64,000 nucleotides of DNA from positions 1,056,001-1,120,000 of the forward strand of contig CAWEJX010000020.1 in NCBI GenBank assembly GCA_963809485.1. Reading direction: 5' to 3'. Position 1 is the stretch's first letter. Every line of letters starts with the position of its first letter. A program made the translations under genes and the position numbers. Of this stretch, positions 48,676-57,902 are shown piece by piece. The DNA comes from an uncultured Acidobacteriota bacterium (GTDB taxonomy: Bacteria; Acidobacteriota; UBA6911). The notes under the pieces are model-generated. The model was not told the DNA's origin, did not search any database, and saw only the letters and a program-made list of their open reading frames with translations.

Positions 48676-50181
48676 TTACTCCGGAACCTGCAGGTCCGGC
48701 ATGGTGCGCGCCGAGAATAGCGGCTGGCAGAGTTTCCCAAATAAACGAGCCCACTTGACAGCGAGCGACTGGCGCGCGCTGTCCGTGGCGATTCCCGTGT
48801 TGGCATACATCTGCCGGTAAAGCTTGGAGATGAACACGAAGGCCAGGCGCGACCGGATCTTCGGAACGCACCGCGAGCGCCGCCAGATCTTGGGCATGCT
48901 GTAAAAGGTATCCCAGATCTGCTGAGTATGCCGGCGTATTTCATCCGCGGACATAGTGGGATGCGGTATGTATAATTTGGGCCTCCGGTCGGCCGGAATC
49001 AGCCAGTGCCTGCTTGGAGGAATGCTTTCTGCGCCGGGATTGCCCCGAAGTGTCTGCTTTTCCCATTTTTCAAAATCAATCGTGCCGGGGAAGGGCGTTA
49101 GAGGGACAAATTGAGCAAATGTCAACCCCGCGCGATCTGCAAGGTCGGAAGTGGCAACAAAAGTTTCGGGGGTGTCGCTTTGCAGACCGAAGATAAATGA
49201 ACCAAGCACGTGAATGTCGAACTGGCGAAACTTCTGCAAACGCGCGACAAGGTCTTCGCCCGTTGCGTTGAAACTCTTATAGGTGCTTTTGAGGCCTTCG
49301 GTTGTTATCGATTCAACGCCGACAAGCGCACCCCTTATCCTTGCGGCACGCAAAGCTTTCAGGAATTCCTCGTCCTCGGCAACCTCCATGGTAAGCTGGG
49401 TAAAACAAATGAGATCGCCGGATATCCGGGCCATCCGATTCATCAACTCGAATCGTTCTCGCCGGAGCGACAGGAGCCGCTGATAGTGCGATTTATCCTC
49501 ATTGCGAGATGCGTGCTCGAGGTCCTGAAGACTTACGGAGTAGAAATTGTCGTCGGCCAGCGCGATAAAGCGGTAGCCAAGACGGCGTAGAGCCACAACT
49601 TCCTCAATGACGGCACCCACGGGCCGCTGCCGCGGCGTCTGTCCGTCGGTCCGCCAGACCGAGCAGAACGAGCAGTGCTTTGGGCAGCCGCGAACGGTTT
49701 GAACGGAAGCCCACATGTATGAACCTCGCCGGAGGAGATCCCAGCGCGCCGGAGCGAAATCGGCGGCGTCGATGGTCCCGCCTTCATATAGCGGGCGGGG
49801 ATTGCCCCGGGCGCAGTCCGAAATTGCCGTAGCCCAGACCAGGTCGCCATCCCCCCGCACCACGGCTGCCGCGGCGCCAAGCTGACGGGGCTCTTCCGGA
49901 AACAGGCTCGCGTGAATGCCGCCGAAGACTGCCATTCCCCCGTGTTCATGAACCATTCGCCCCACTTCATAGCCACGGAGAGCATTACTCGTGTGGATGC
50001 CGATGCCAACGATATCCCCGGGCCGGACTCTTTCCGCCTCAAAGCGCTCGAGCGTCTCGTCGGTGATAATAGGGTCCCCATAGGATCGAGGCGTTGCACC
50101 GGCCAGCACATACAGCCAGCGGGGGGTGATGACGCCCATTCCAAAAGATACATCACTCGGATTGACCAGGTGTATTCGCAT
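48676..50181 (-). CDS. B12-binding-domain radical SAM protein
   Basis: N-terminal GGIHASL...VRGDG; RGCPKHCSFC; ADDNF, VGVES, SFIFG, TPFPGT. Confidence 0.9.
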   Translation of the reverse strand: MRIHLVNPSDVSFGMGVITPRWLYVLAGATPRSYGDPIITDETLERFEAERVRPGDIVGIGIHTSNALRGYEVGRMVHEHGGMAVFGGIHASLFPEEPRQLGAAAAVVRGDGDLVWATAISDCARGNPRPLYEGGTIDAADFAPARWDLLRRGSYMWASVQTVRGCPKHCSFCSVWRTDGQTPRQRPVGAVIEEVVALRRLGYRFIALADDNFYSVSLQDLEHASRNEDKSHYQRLLSLRRERFELMNRMARISGDLICFTQLTMEVAEDEEFLKALRAARIRGALVGVESITTEGLKSTYKSFNATGEDLVARLQKFRQFDIHVLGSFIFGLQSDTPETFVATSDLADRAGLTFAQFVPLTPFPGTIDFEKWEKQTLRGNPGAESIPPSRHWLIPADRRPKLYIPHPTMSADEIRRHTQQIWDTFYSMPKIWRRSRCVPKIRSRLAFVFISKLYRQMYANTGIATDSARQSLAVKWARLFGKLCQPLFSARTMPDLQVPE

Positions 50182-50210
50182 AGCGGAGCTCCTGATTGAG
50201 ACGGGACGGG

Positions 50211-50516
50211 TTACCAGCGTGACTGGCGGCGGCTACGTCCGCCTCCAGCAGAGCCCCCGCGGCGTTCAGGTTTGGGCCGCGCTTCATTGACGGTAAGACT
50301 GCGTCCGCCCAGCGAAAAGCCGCTCAATCCCTCGATGGCTTTCCGGGCATCTTCTTCGGTTGCCATATCGACGAAGGCAAAGCCCCGCGATCTCCCCGTA
50401 TCCAGGTCGCGCATTACAGTTACCGAATCTACCGCTCCCTTTTGCCCGAAAAGCTCTTTTAGCTCCGCTTCTCCCACCGTATAGGATAGATTGCCGACAT
50501 AAATGTTCTTTCCCAT
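50211..50516 (-). CDS. RRM-domain RNA-binding protein
   Basis: IYVGNL (RNP2), RGFAFVDM (RNP1), LTVNEARP, Gly/Arg tail. Confidence 0.93.
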   Translation of the reverse strand: MGKNIYVGNLSYTVGEAELKELFGQKGAVDSVTVMRDLDTGRSRGFAFVDMATEEDARKAIEGLSGFSLGGRSLTVNEARPKPERRGGSAGGGRSRRQSRW

Positions 50517-50861
50517 TTTACGAACCTCCCGTATGCCGGAGACAGACAACACTCCGGACTAGCAGCCAAAAACCACTGGCAGCCCCAGTGGGCTGCACGC
50601 GATGGATCGCAGCTCTATGCGTGATTAAAGGAGGGGGGATGAGCCAAGGAAGCCTGAAACGACTCTCCGCGCCGCACTAGCAGAGGATGGTTTTCCACCG
50701 GACAGGCTGAACGATATCACGATCCGGGCTGATTGTAAAAAGGAATGGGACAAATTTGTGTAAATTCGCGCCTATTGTGAAACAATTGACACCTCAAGCG
50801 GTGCGAGCTAGCATCACGATCCGTTGGCAAGCGAGTCCATTCAAAAGAAAGGAAATAACAC

Positions 50862-51914
50862 ATGCGACCGGAATCCTTACATCAAGTGCGGGCGGCGCAC
50901 AGCCCGGCGCCGAAGACGATTCTGCTGCTGGCTTTGCTGGCAGCCATCCTGACTGCAAGCGCATTGATTGCAGGCGAACCCGAATGGAATCCCGCCGCCA
51001 TTAAAGAGTGCGACCGGGCTTGTCTGATCGGCATCATGGACGGATATATGGACGCCATCTTCAAGCACGATCCCAAAGCCGTGCCGCCTCTGTCGATCGA
51101 TGTGCGCATGACTGAAAACGCAGGGGAAATGGAGGTGGGCGAAGGGGTTCTCTGGCGCTTCAAGACGGAGCCGACCAGCTTCAGGATTTACGTTGCCGAT
51201 CCGGTTGCGGGACAGGTCGCCCAGCAGGCTCGACTCAAGATCGGGGGCCGGGATGCCCTGGTTGCCGTCCGATTGAAGGTCGACCGGGGAAAAATCCAGG
51301 AGATCGAGCAGCTGTATGACAGAAATATCGATGCGGCCGCAATTCCCCTCCTCACTACGCCGCTGCCGATCCTGACGGCGGATGTCGCGCCGGCAGAGAG
51401 GACCTCGCGCGATATTCTGATGCGCGCCGCCAATTCCTATTTCGACGCGCTGGAGGGTGACAACGGGAAGATCGCGGCATTCGCCAACGATTGCGTCCGC
51501 CACGAGAACGGCTATCAGACCGTGAACAATCCACCGCCGGGAGGACGCATGATGCCGGCGCCCTTCATGCCCACCGCGGACACTCCGCAGGGCCGCGAGA
51601 TGCTCAAATTCAGCATGCTGACCTGCGCCCAGCAGATCGACACCAAAATTTTTGCATACATGAAGCACATCCGGCCGCGGCGGGCGCTGATTGTCGACGA
51701 GCAGAAGGGACTGGTGGCCACATTCCCGCTGTTCGTCCACGACGGCACCAGCCGGAACGCCAAGCCGGATGCGCCTCCCGGAATGCTGCAAAACCTCGTG
51801 ACCATGGAAACATTCGGTATCCGCGGCGGACTGATCCGCCACGTCGAAGTGTTTCCATTCGTGAATTTGCCCTACGGCCTCGGAAACGGATGGACCCTCG
51901 GCTCCGGCCGCTGA
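50862..51914 (+). CDS. secreted hypothetical protein (duplicated NTF2-like fold likely)
   Basis: Signal peptide; CDRACL...Y..A, VRMTEN, IQEIE, ANSYFDAL, CVRHENG. Confidence 0.75.
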   Translation: MRPESLHQVRAAHSPAPKTILLLALLAAILTASALIAGEPEWNPAAIKECDRACLIGIMDGYMDAIFKHDPKAVPPLSIDVRMTENAGEMEVGEGVLWRFKTEPTSFRIYVADPVAGQVAQQARLKIGGRDALVAVRLKVDRGKIQEIEQLYDRNIDAAAIPLLTTPLPILTADVAPAERTSRDILMRAANSYFDALEGDNGKIAAFANDCVRHENGYQTVNNPPPGGRMMPAPFMPTADTPQGREMLKFSMLTCAQQIDTKIFAYMKHIRPRRALIVDEQKGLVATFPLFVHDGTSRNAKPDAPPGMLQNLVTMETFGIRGGLIRHVEVFPFVNLPYGLGNGWTLGSGR

Positions 51915-51929
51915 TGCTCGTCACAGGAT

Positions 51930-52000
51930 TCAGCGTACGTCGGCGTAATTGAATTCTGGAGCTGGCAAACCCGCGGAGTCTCCCGGCGAAGCCGGGGTAC
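51930..52000 (-). mobile_element. decayed left-end fragment of the IS200-type element
   Basis: tcagcgtacgtcggcgt...ggagctggcaaacccgcggagtctcccggcgaagccgggg. Confidence 0.5.
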
Positions 52001-52044
52001 GACCGATGCATGTATGCAGCGCACTCTTTAAAAACGCGCTTTTG

Positions 52045-53883
52045 TTACGGAATCGGCTTCAGATCAACGGTCCTGGTCAATTTGCCGGCTTTCCTCGAGG
52101 TGTAATCAAACGTTACCGACCCTTTGCCCGAAAGCACGAACTGAAATTCCGCCTTCCCGCTGCCCGGCACCTGCATCATCTGCAATTCCGGCCTGTATGC
52201 CTTGTATTCGACCCGGTCCAGGTATGCGTCCAGCAACGCTCCACCTGCAATAACCTTGATCCCCTGCCCGGAGACTTTCAGCATGTCGCGCGGATACAGG
52301 TTCTTCTGCACCGCGCCGTAGCTCATCGATGGAATTGTGTGCGCGTTCGCCAGGCGAACGCGGACCTTATAAAGCGTATCGCCGATCTTCTCGATCGAGA
52401 AGACGTCCATGCTTATCTTGGGCGTTTGGGCCGCGGCGTACAGCACCACCGACGCGTTTCTGAACACGAGATCGTTCAGCATGAACGGGTGCGGCAGGCG
52501 CGAGCTCATCTTGACCCAGCCGCCGATTTCTATGTCCCCGTATTGCGGGTGTTTGAAGGGCTTCCACGGCTTGTAGAGTTCGCCCTGGACGACGTTGTCG
52601 CTGAATTTCAGGCGCTCGCGTTCCTGTGCAGGGTTGCTTCCCGTCAAATCCATCCCGCCCGGCGATTGCGGCTTCTCATCAGGGCCGCGGTACATTTCCG
52701 CCTCACTGACAAAAAGCTCCCCCACGAAACTGTATGCGCCCGCCAAGTTTTCAGTGAAGTCTGCGAAGTCGCCGTTGGTTGTGTACAGATCCTTCCACGA
52801 CACCAGATACCGGTAGCCGGGAACGATTTTTTCGGCGTTCTTGCCGAGGATGTCGTACACCGCCACATCGGATGGATTCATCGGCTCCCCGGATTTCGCG
52901 GTCGGTCCGCGGAGATACATTCCGCCGCTGTTGTGGAACGCGAAGACAACGATGATGTTGGGGCGATCCATGATGTACTTCGCAATGGCGCGCAATCCCG
53001 ACGCTTCAAAGGGGAAATCTCCGGCGCCGCTTTGCACATAAGGCGGGAACCACCGGAAACCCCAGTTGCGGTTTCCGTCCATATACCCTTCCTCGTCCTC
53101 GTTAATCCGCCCGTCTCCGTCGTTGTCGCTCCCCTCTTCGCCAAGCAGAGTCCACTCCGCCTTGTCGCCGGGCTTCAGCGGCACCATCAGCCGGGGCTCC
53201 TCGGGATCCGTCTTGTAGCGGCCGAACGGGTCGCGCTTGCGCATCGTGCAGATGTTCCCGTCGCCGTCGAGATCGTCCGGGCCGTCCTCATCGACAAGGC
53301 CGTCGTGATCATCATCTTTCGGGATCCGAATGCTGCGGTTTGAGCTGGGCGTGTTGGCGTCGTGGAAGAAGTGATAGCGGCCGTCCACGTTCACGACCGG
53401 GATCACGTAAAAAGCGTTCCGGTCGACCAGTTCCGTGACCTGGCTGTTGGAGCCGTAGAGGACGAGCAGGCGGTTTAAAAACGCCAGCGCGACTTCGGCG
53501 GCCTGGATTTCGTTGCCGTGGATGTTACCGTCCACATATACGCCGGGCTTGGAGAGAGCGGCTCCGGTCTTCGGATTGTTGACGGTCATGGCCCAGATTT
53601 CGCGCCCCTCCTCGCTTTTGCCTACCACATCGATGGCCGTCAGCCCCGGATAGGCTTCGTGCAGCGCGCGCAGCGCCTCGCCCACCTGCTCGTAGGTGTA
53701 GTAGCGATCAAAACGGAGCGGGACCGTTATCTTTTCGCTGGAGGTGAACGCCAGCGCCTTCTGCGGCGGCGCGGATGCGTCCGGCGCACTTTGCGTCGTG
53801 CGGGACGGCGACTGGGCGGCGCCGCGATACCCGGCTGCCAGGACAGCCGTCAGTATGGCCATAAGCGCGATACGTTTTTTCAT
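52045..53883 (-). CDS. secreted M14 zinc carboxypeptidase
   Basis: GKSEEGR, GNIHGNE (HxxE), NVDG, DGNRNW, AFHNSG, FVGEL; acidic DxDxDG inserts. Confidence 0.9.
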   Translation of the reverse strand: MKKRIALMAILTAVLAAGYRGAAQSPSRTTQSAPDASAPPQKALAFTSSEKITVPLRFDRYYTYEQVGEALRALHEAYPGLTAIDVVGKSEEGREIWAMTVNNPKTGAALSKPGVYVDGNIHGNEIQAAEVALAFLNRLLVLYGSNSQVTELVDRNAFYVIPVVNVDGRYHFFHDANTPSSNRSIRIPKDDDHDGLVDEDGPDDLDGDGNICTMRKRDPFGRYKTDPEEPRLMVPLKPGDKAEWTLLGEEGSDNDGDGRINEDEEGYMDGNRNWGFRWFPPYVQSGAGDFPFEASGLRAIAKYIMDRPNIIVVFAFHNSGGMYLRGPTAKSGEPMNPSDVAVYDILGKNAEKIVPGYRYLVSWKDLYTTNGDFADFTENLAGAYSFVGELFVSEAEMYRGPDEKPQSPGGMDLTGSNPAQERERLKFSDNVVQGELYKPWKPFKHPQYGDIEIGGWVKMSSRLPHPFMLNDLVFRNASVVLYAAAQTPKISMDVFSIEKIGDTLYKVRVRLANAHTIPSMSYGAVQKNLYPRDMLKVSGQGIKVIAGGALLDAYLDRVEYKAYRPELQMMQVPGSGKAEFQFVLSGKGSVTFDYTSRKAGKLTRTVDLKPIP

Positions 53884-55916
53884 TGCAAACCTCCCAACCG
53901 GACTTCCGCTGAATCGCCCCCGGCGTTTGCCGACTCCAGCTTCAGCTGAAGTGCCTGCGGCTTTTTCGACTGAATAAGGTATTTCAGCTTAACGCTCTTC
54001 ATCGCGTCTATATCATTGATTGTCATGCGATCCCTTCCGGAGAGGAAGACCAGCCCGCTGCCGCCGATGGTGAGAACAACCGGGCCGACACGGCGGTTGC
54101 GCTTTCCCATGGCCGTCGGAAGAGGGAGTTCGCCCGCATTTTGAATCCAGGCCGTCAGTTCATATACGCCCGCATCTTTGACCGCGACTTCGGTCTTGAG
54201 GATCTTCACCCGCGGCAGCTTTGCCGCGAGCCTGAATACCCATGGAGCCTGGCCCTCGATCAGGCTTCTGATCATCGCAGGCGGCGGCGTGCTGTCCGCG
54301 TAGGGAACCGCGCCGCCGATCTCCACATCGCCCAGGGCCGCATGTTTGAACGGCGCCCACGCGGCAAATCCCTTGCCGTCGAGGGCCTTGTCGCTAAACG
54401 CCGCCAGCGCCTTCAGCTTCGGATCGACGGCGCCCGTCTCTTTGGGTTTGGGCATCTGCTTAAGCATCCCCGAGATTTGCTTCGGTGTTATCTTGCCGCT
54501 CTTAACTCCCTCGATGACGGCCGCCGGCTTGATGGTATCCGGGGCGCCGACCTCCTTTAGGAAAACGGCAAGCTTATCCTCCCCCAGCGCCAGGAATGCG
54601 TCAGCCTGCATTCCTTCGAGCGTATCAGCCGTGATGCCGCTCGTGCCGGATTTCTTCTCGGCGACATCGGGCAGCGTCCAGAAATCCAGACTGAAAGTAG
54701 GGACTCCGAGGTGATAATAGGACCACAATTCGAAGGAAGCGTCCTTGGGCTGTGCCGGCGCGAGGCGCTTGCCGTCAAGTTTGCTTTGCTTGAGAAACTC
54801 CTTGTAGCGTTCGGAGAACTCATTGTAGTACTTCAGGTCTTCTTCGAGCGGATTCACAACCGCGCCAAGTTCAAGGATCGACGCGACCGTCGCCTCGGTA
54901 ATTTCCATGCCCGGCGGCGCCATGGGCCGGACGAATTCCATGATTTCCTGCATCGTGTAGGTGGCGCCCGGATCGAGGCCGAACATTTTGGCATAGCGCT
55001 CGGGGATCTTGATTTTGGTGAGATCGACCGAGCCTTGCCGGCCTCCCGCGGGTGGCTGCAGGCACATATTGGTGGCTCCCAGGGTAAAGGTCATGGCGAT
55101 TTCAGGATGGTCCATCACGAACCTCATCACGGCGAACGTCTCCGGTTCGCTTCCGGGCCAGTCTCCGCTCGTTGCGGTGAAATGTCTGAACAGGTGCGGA
55201 AAAGTGGCGCTGATGTCCGTTCCACCCGGGCCATCCTCGTTATATTCGCCGTCGCCGTCGTTGTCGATGCCCTCGGTATAAAGCTTGTAAAGGCCCTTCT
55301 CCCCTTTCGACGGATCGGCGCGTCTCATGAGGCGCGCGTCATCCCCGTCCGGGATCCACTCGCCGGCCGGATCCTTCGCGCGCATTTCGGTGATGATGCC
55401 GTTGCCGTCCAGATCCTCCGGACCGTCCTCGTCCGCGGCGTCATCCATATCGTCGTTGTGCGGGTTGCCGTTCCTGCCGCTGGCGAACATCGGCTTCGCA
55501 AAGAAACGCTCCGCGCCGTCCGGATTGCCGGCGGCGAGGATGTACCAGGTAAGGTCCTTCCGCGTCTCCTCTTTGCCGATCACCTGCTGAGCGAGAAATA
55601 CCGCGGCTTCGGAGGCTATAGGGAGCGTGCCTTCCAGGTTGGCGACGATGAAGACCGCCGGCGCCCGGCGCGCCTTGCTGCCGATCTCAGGACCTGCTTC
55701 GAGCACAATCAGGTCGCGCCCTCCCGGGCTTTGCCCGATTCTGTGAACCGCCGTCAGGGCGGGATTTGCCTGGTTGATTGCCGAAATAGCCGCATTCATT
55801 TCCTGCGGCGTGTGATAGCGGTCGAACTCAACCGTGTCCGCGGATTTTGTGCCTCCTGCGGCGGTAAGCCCGACCGTGATGCCCAGGATAAGGACCCGGC
55901 AGGTTGCGTGCATCAT
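53880..55916 (-). CDS. secreted M14-family carboxypeptidase homologue with degenerate zinc site
   Basis: GQSPGGR, ANLEGTLP (no HxxE), NPDG, DxDxDG inserts; ATGA overlap with the downstream M14 gene. Confidence 0.82.
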   Translation of the reverse strand: MMHATCRVLILGITVGLTAAGGTKSADTVEFDRYHTPQEMNAAISAINQANPALTAVHRIGQSPGGRDLIVLEAGPEIGSKARRAPAVFIVANLEGTLPIASEAAVFLAQQVIGKEETRKDLTWYILAAGNPDGAERFFAKPMFASGRNGNPHNDDMDDAADEDGPEDLDGNGIITEMRAKDPAGEWIPDGDDARLMRRADPSKGEKGLYKLYTEGIDNDGDGEYNEDGPGGTDISATFPHLFRHFTATSGDWPGSEPETFAVMRFVMDHPEIAMTFTLGATNMCLQPPAGGRQGSVDLTKIKIPERYAKMFGLDPGATYTMQEIMEFVRPMAPPGMEITEATVASILELGAVVNPLEEDLKYYNEFSERYKEFLKQSKLDGKRLAPAQPKDASFELWSYYHLGVPTFSLDFWTLPDVAEKKSGTSGITADTLEGMQADAFLALGEDKLAVFLKEVGAPDTIKPAAVIEGVKSGKITPKQISGMLKQMPKPKETGAVDPKLKALAAFSDKALDGKGFAAWAPFKHAALGDVEIGGAVPYADSTPPPAMIRSLIEGQAPWVFRLAAKLPRVKILKTEVAVKDAGVYELTAWIQNAGELPLPTAMGKRNRRVGPVVLTIGGSGLVFLSGRDRMTINDIDAMKSVKLKYLIQSKKPQALQLKLESANAGGDSAEVRLGGLQ

Positions 55917-56212
55917 GGTTTCCCTCATGGATCTCATAATTTTCCCGGAGAGGATCTACACGGATTCTTCCCCGGCGTTTATCCGCATCCATCAAATGCC
56001 GAAGAAAGGACGCCGGGCGGGGATTATATACCATTTGTGAGGTTCAGGAGATTTTTGGCAATCGGGAATTCTCCCCCAGCGCCTGGGCCCATGCCTGGCA
56101 AGCGGGCGTTCTGGACGCGGGTTTGCAGGCTTGCTGCTTCCTGCTTTTAACGCGGATAAAAATCCTGTACCATCCCGGCTATCGACCTAAATCACACATC
56201 AAGGAGGCTCTC

Positions 56213-56872
56213 ATGGCTGCTCAGGTCCCCAAGGGTTGGTACGATATTTCCGTACCCCTCAAACAAGGAATGAACTATCTGTCGATCGATCCGGTGGCGC
56301 CCAAAATCTATCGCTACAGCGACGTGGATCTAGGCTCAAAGGTCACCATGACCATGCTGGAGATCATCTCGCACACCGGAACGCACATCGATGCCCCGCG
56401 CCATTTCATCCCGGGCGGGTCCACGATATCGGATATGGCCCTCGACGCCACCATCGGGCCGGCGCGCGTCCTCGAAATCAAGGATCCCCAAAAGATCAAG
56501 GTGCCGGAACTGAAAAAGCACAACATAAAGAAGGGCGAACGGATCCTGTGCAAGACGCGGAACTCGCCGACAGTTTATGAATCTTCGAAATTCATCGAGG
56601 ATTATGTGTATCTCGACGCCGATGCCGCCGCTTACCTTGCGGAAAAGCAGATAGTGCTTTTCGGCCTGGATTGCATCACCATCGGTTACTTCAAGGATGA
56701 AGAGAGCATAGTTAAAACACACCAGAGCCTGCTCTCTGCAGGCATTTATATTTTGGAGGATTGCGCGCTGGGCAACGTGCCGCCCGGCGAATACGAGCTC
56801 CTTTGCCTGCCGCTTCTCATGTACCACGGCGACGCCGGCCCATGCCGGGCCATCCTCCGCCCGTTGAAATAG
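56213..56872 (+). CDS. cyclase-family metal-dependent hydrolase (kynurenine formamidase-like)
   Basis: DISVPL, HTGTHIDAPRHF, GLD, H..LL...IYILE, LPL...GDAGPCRAIL. Confidence 0.9.
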   Translation: MAAQVPKGWYDISVPLKQGMNYLSIDPVAPKIYRYSDVDLGSKVTMTMLEIISHTGTHIDAPRHFIPGGSTISDMALDATIGPARVLEIKDPQKIKVPELKKHNIKKGERILCKTRNSPTVYESSKFIEDYVYLDADAAAYLAEKQIVLFGLDCITIGYFKDEESIVKTHQSLLSAGIYILEDCALGNVPPGEYELLCLPLLMYHGDAGPCRAILRPLK

Positions 56873-56941
56873 ACCTGATTGTTTGGACGGTATTATTGGG
56901 TACCGCAAAACAGGCTGAGGCCCGAGAAGGCAGTTTTTTGC

Positions 56942-57496
56942 TTATACCCTTATAAGAAACCGGCAGGAGGGAGCGCCCTGCTTAATCGACTGGACAAGCT
57001 CGACACGGACGGGCTTTTGCGCCAGGGTGTCAAAAACCTCCCGGACCCAGCCCGCCGAACAGTGGCAATAGGTTTTGGGCAGCAGGATTGAGCTGTCGGC
57101 CATAAGCTCGCAATAGCATCGTGAATAGCCCCAGCGGATGGTATCACCGTCCATGCCGAGGTTGTCTTTTCCCAGCGTCCCGGCCATAGTTTCGATGAAT
57201 CCCCTGATGTTGCCCTCATATTTCTTTGCCAGCGTCAGGATCCCGCTGCGGCGGGCGCATGCGCGTCCGCAATCTTCCATCAGCTTCACCCGGCTTGGTT
57301 CATCCAGCTGCCTCTCCAAGTTCTGCATCAGCGTCAGAACATAGGCTTCGCGAAAGCGTCTTTCGGCTTCGCGGGCTTTCTTTGCTTTTTCCCCGGCGTC
57401 GTCCCCCGGCTTAGTCTCCTGCCCTGTCAGGAAGGCCCCTCCTCCGCAGGCAAGACAAAGCTGCGCGGTCCGCATCAGAAATTCCTTTCTTTCCAT
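56942..57496 (-). CDS. Cys-rich hypothetical protein (DUF6144-like) with Tat-like leader
   Basis: MERKEFL leader; CGRAC, CYC, YCHCSAGW, SIKQGAPSCRF. Confidence 0.7.
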   Translation of the reverse strand: MERKEFLMRTAQLCLACGGGAFLTGQETKPGDDAGEKAKKAREAERRFREAYVLTLMQNLERQLDEPSRVKLMEDCGRACARRSGILTLAKKYEGNIRGFIETMAGTLGKDNLGMDGDTIRWGYSRCYCELMADSSILLPKTYCHCSAGWVREVFDTLAQKPVRVELVQSIKQGAPSCRFLIRV

Positions 57497-57630
57497 CGTC
57501 CCTCCTGAATATCGGGTTAGCCCGCGATAGGACACTCCCGGGATTTGGGATACGGAGGCTTCCTACATGTATCGGCAATTCTCCGATGTACCGGAAGACC
57601 CATTGAACTTCGCAGTGTCGGGATCAAATA

Positions 57631-57669
57631 ACGCCGACACACGCTGAAAAAAACGCGGACGAACGCGGA
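57631..57669 (+). repeat. 4x ACGCYGA phased module
   Basis: acgccgacac-acgctgaaaaaa-acgcggacga-acgcgga (10/12/10). Confidence 0.7.
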
Positions 57670-57902
57670 CCCCAGACGAGGGAGTCTGCGCGCAAAACCC
57701 GACGAAGCTCATCCAAGGAGCTTTGGACATACGCAATTGCATCCCACTCTATCGATACTGTCCATTGATCTTGGCCCGGTTCGACACCCGCATCGTCCGG
57801 GAATTTTTATCCTGAATGGAATTGTACTATAATGAATGCGATCATTTCTTAGCGCTTTTTTTGTTTCCCGCGACCGCAGACAGGCCGGAGGGTATCCTGC
57901 CC

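Noticed and set aside
50517-50710. Structured leader of the RRM gene
   Set aside because: Several short hairpins, but no recognisable family or repeat support.
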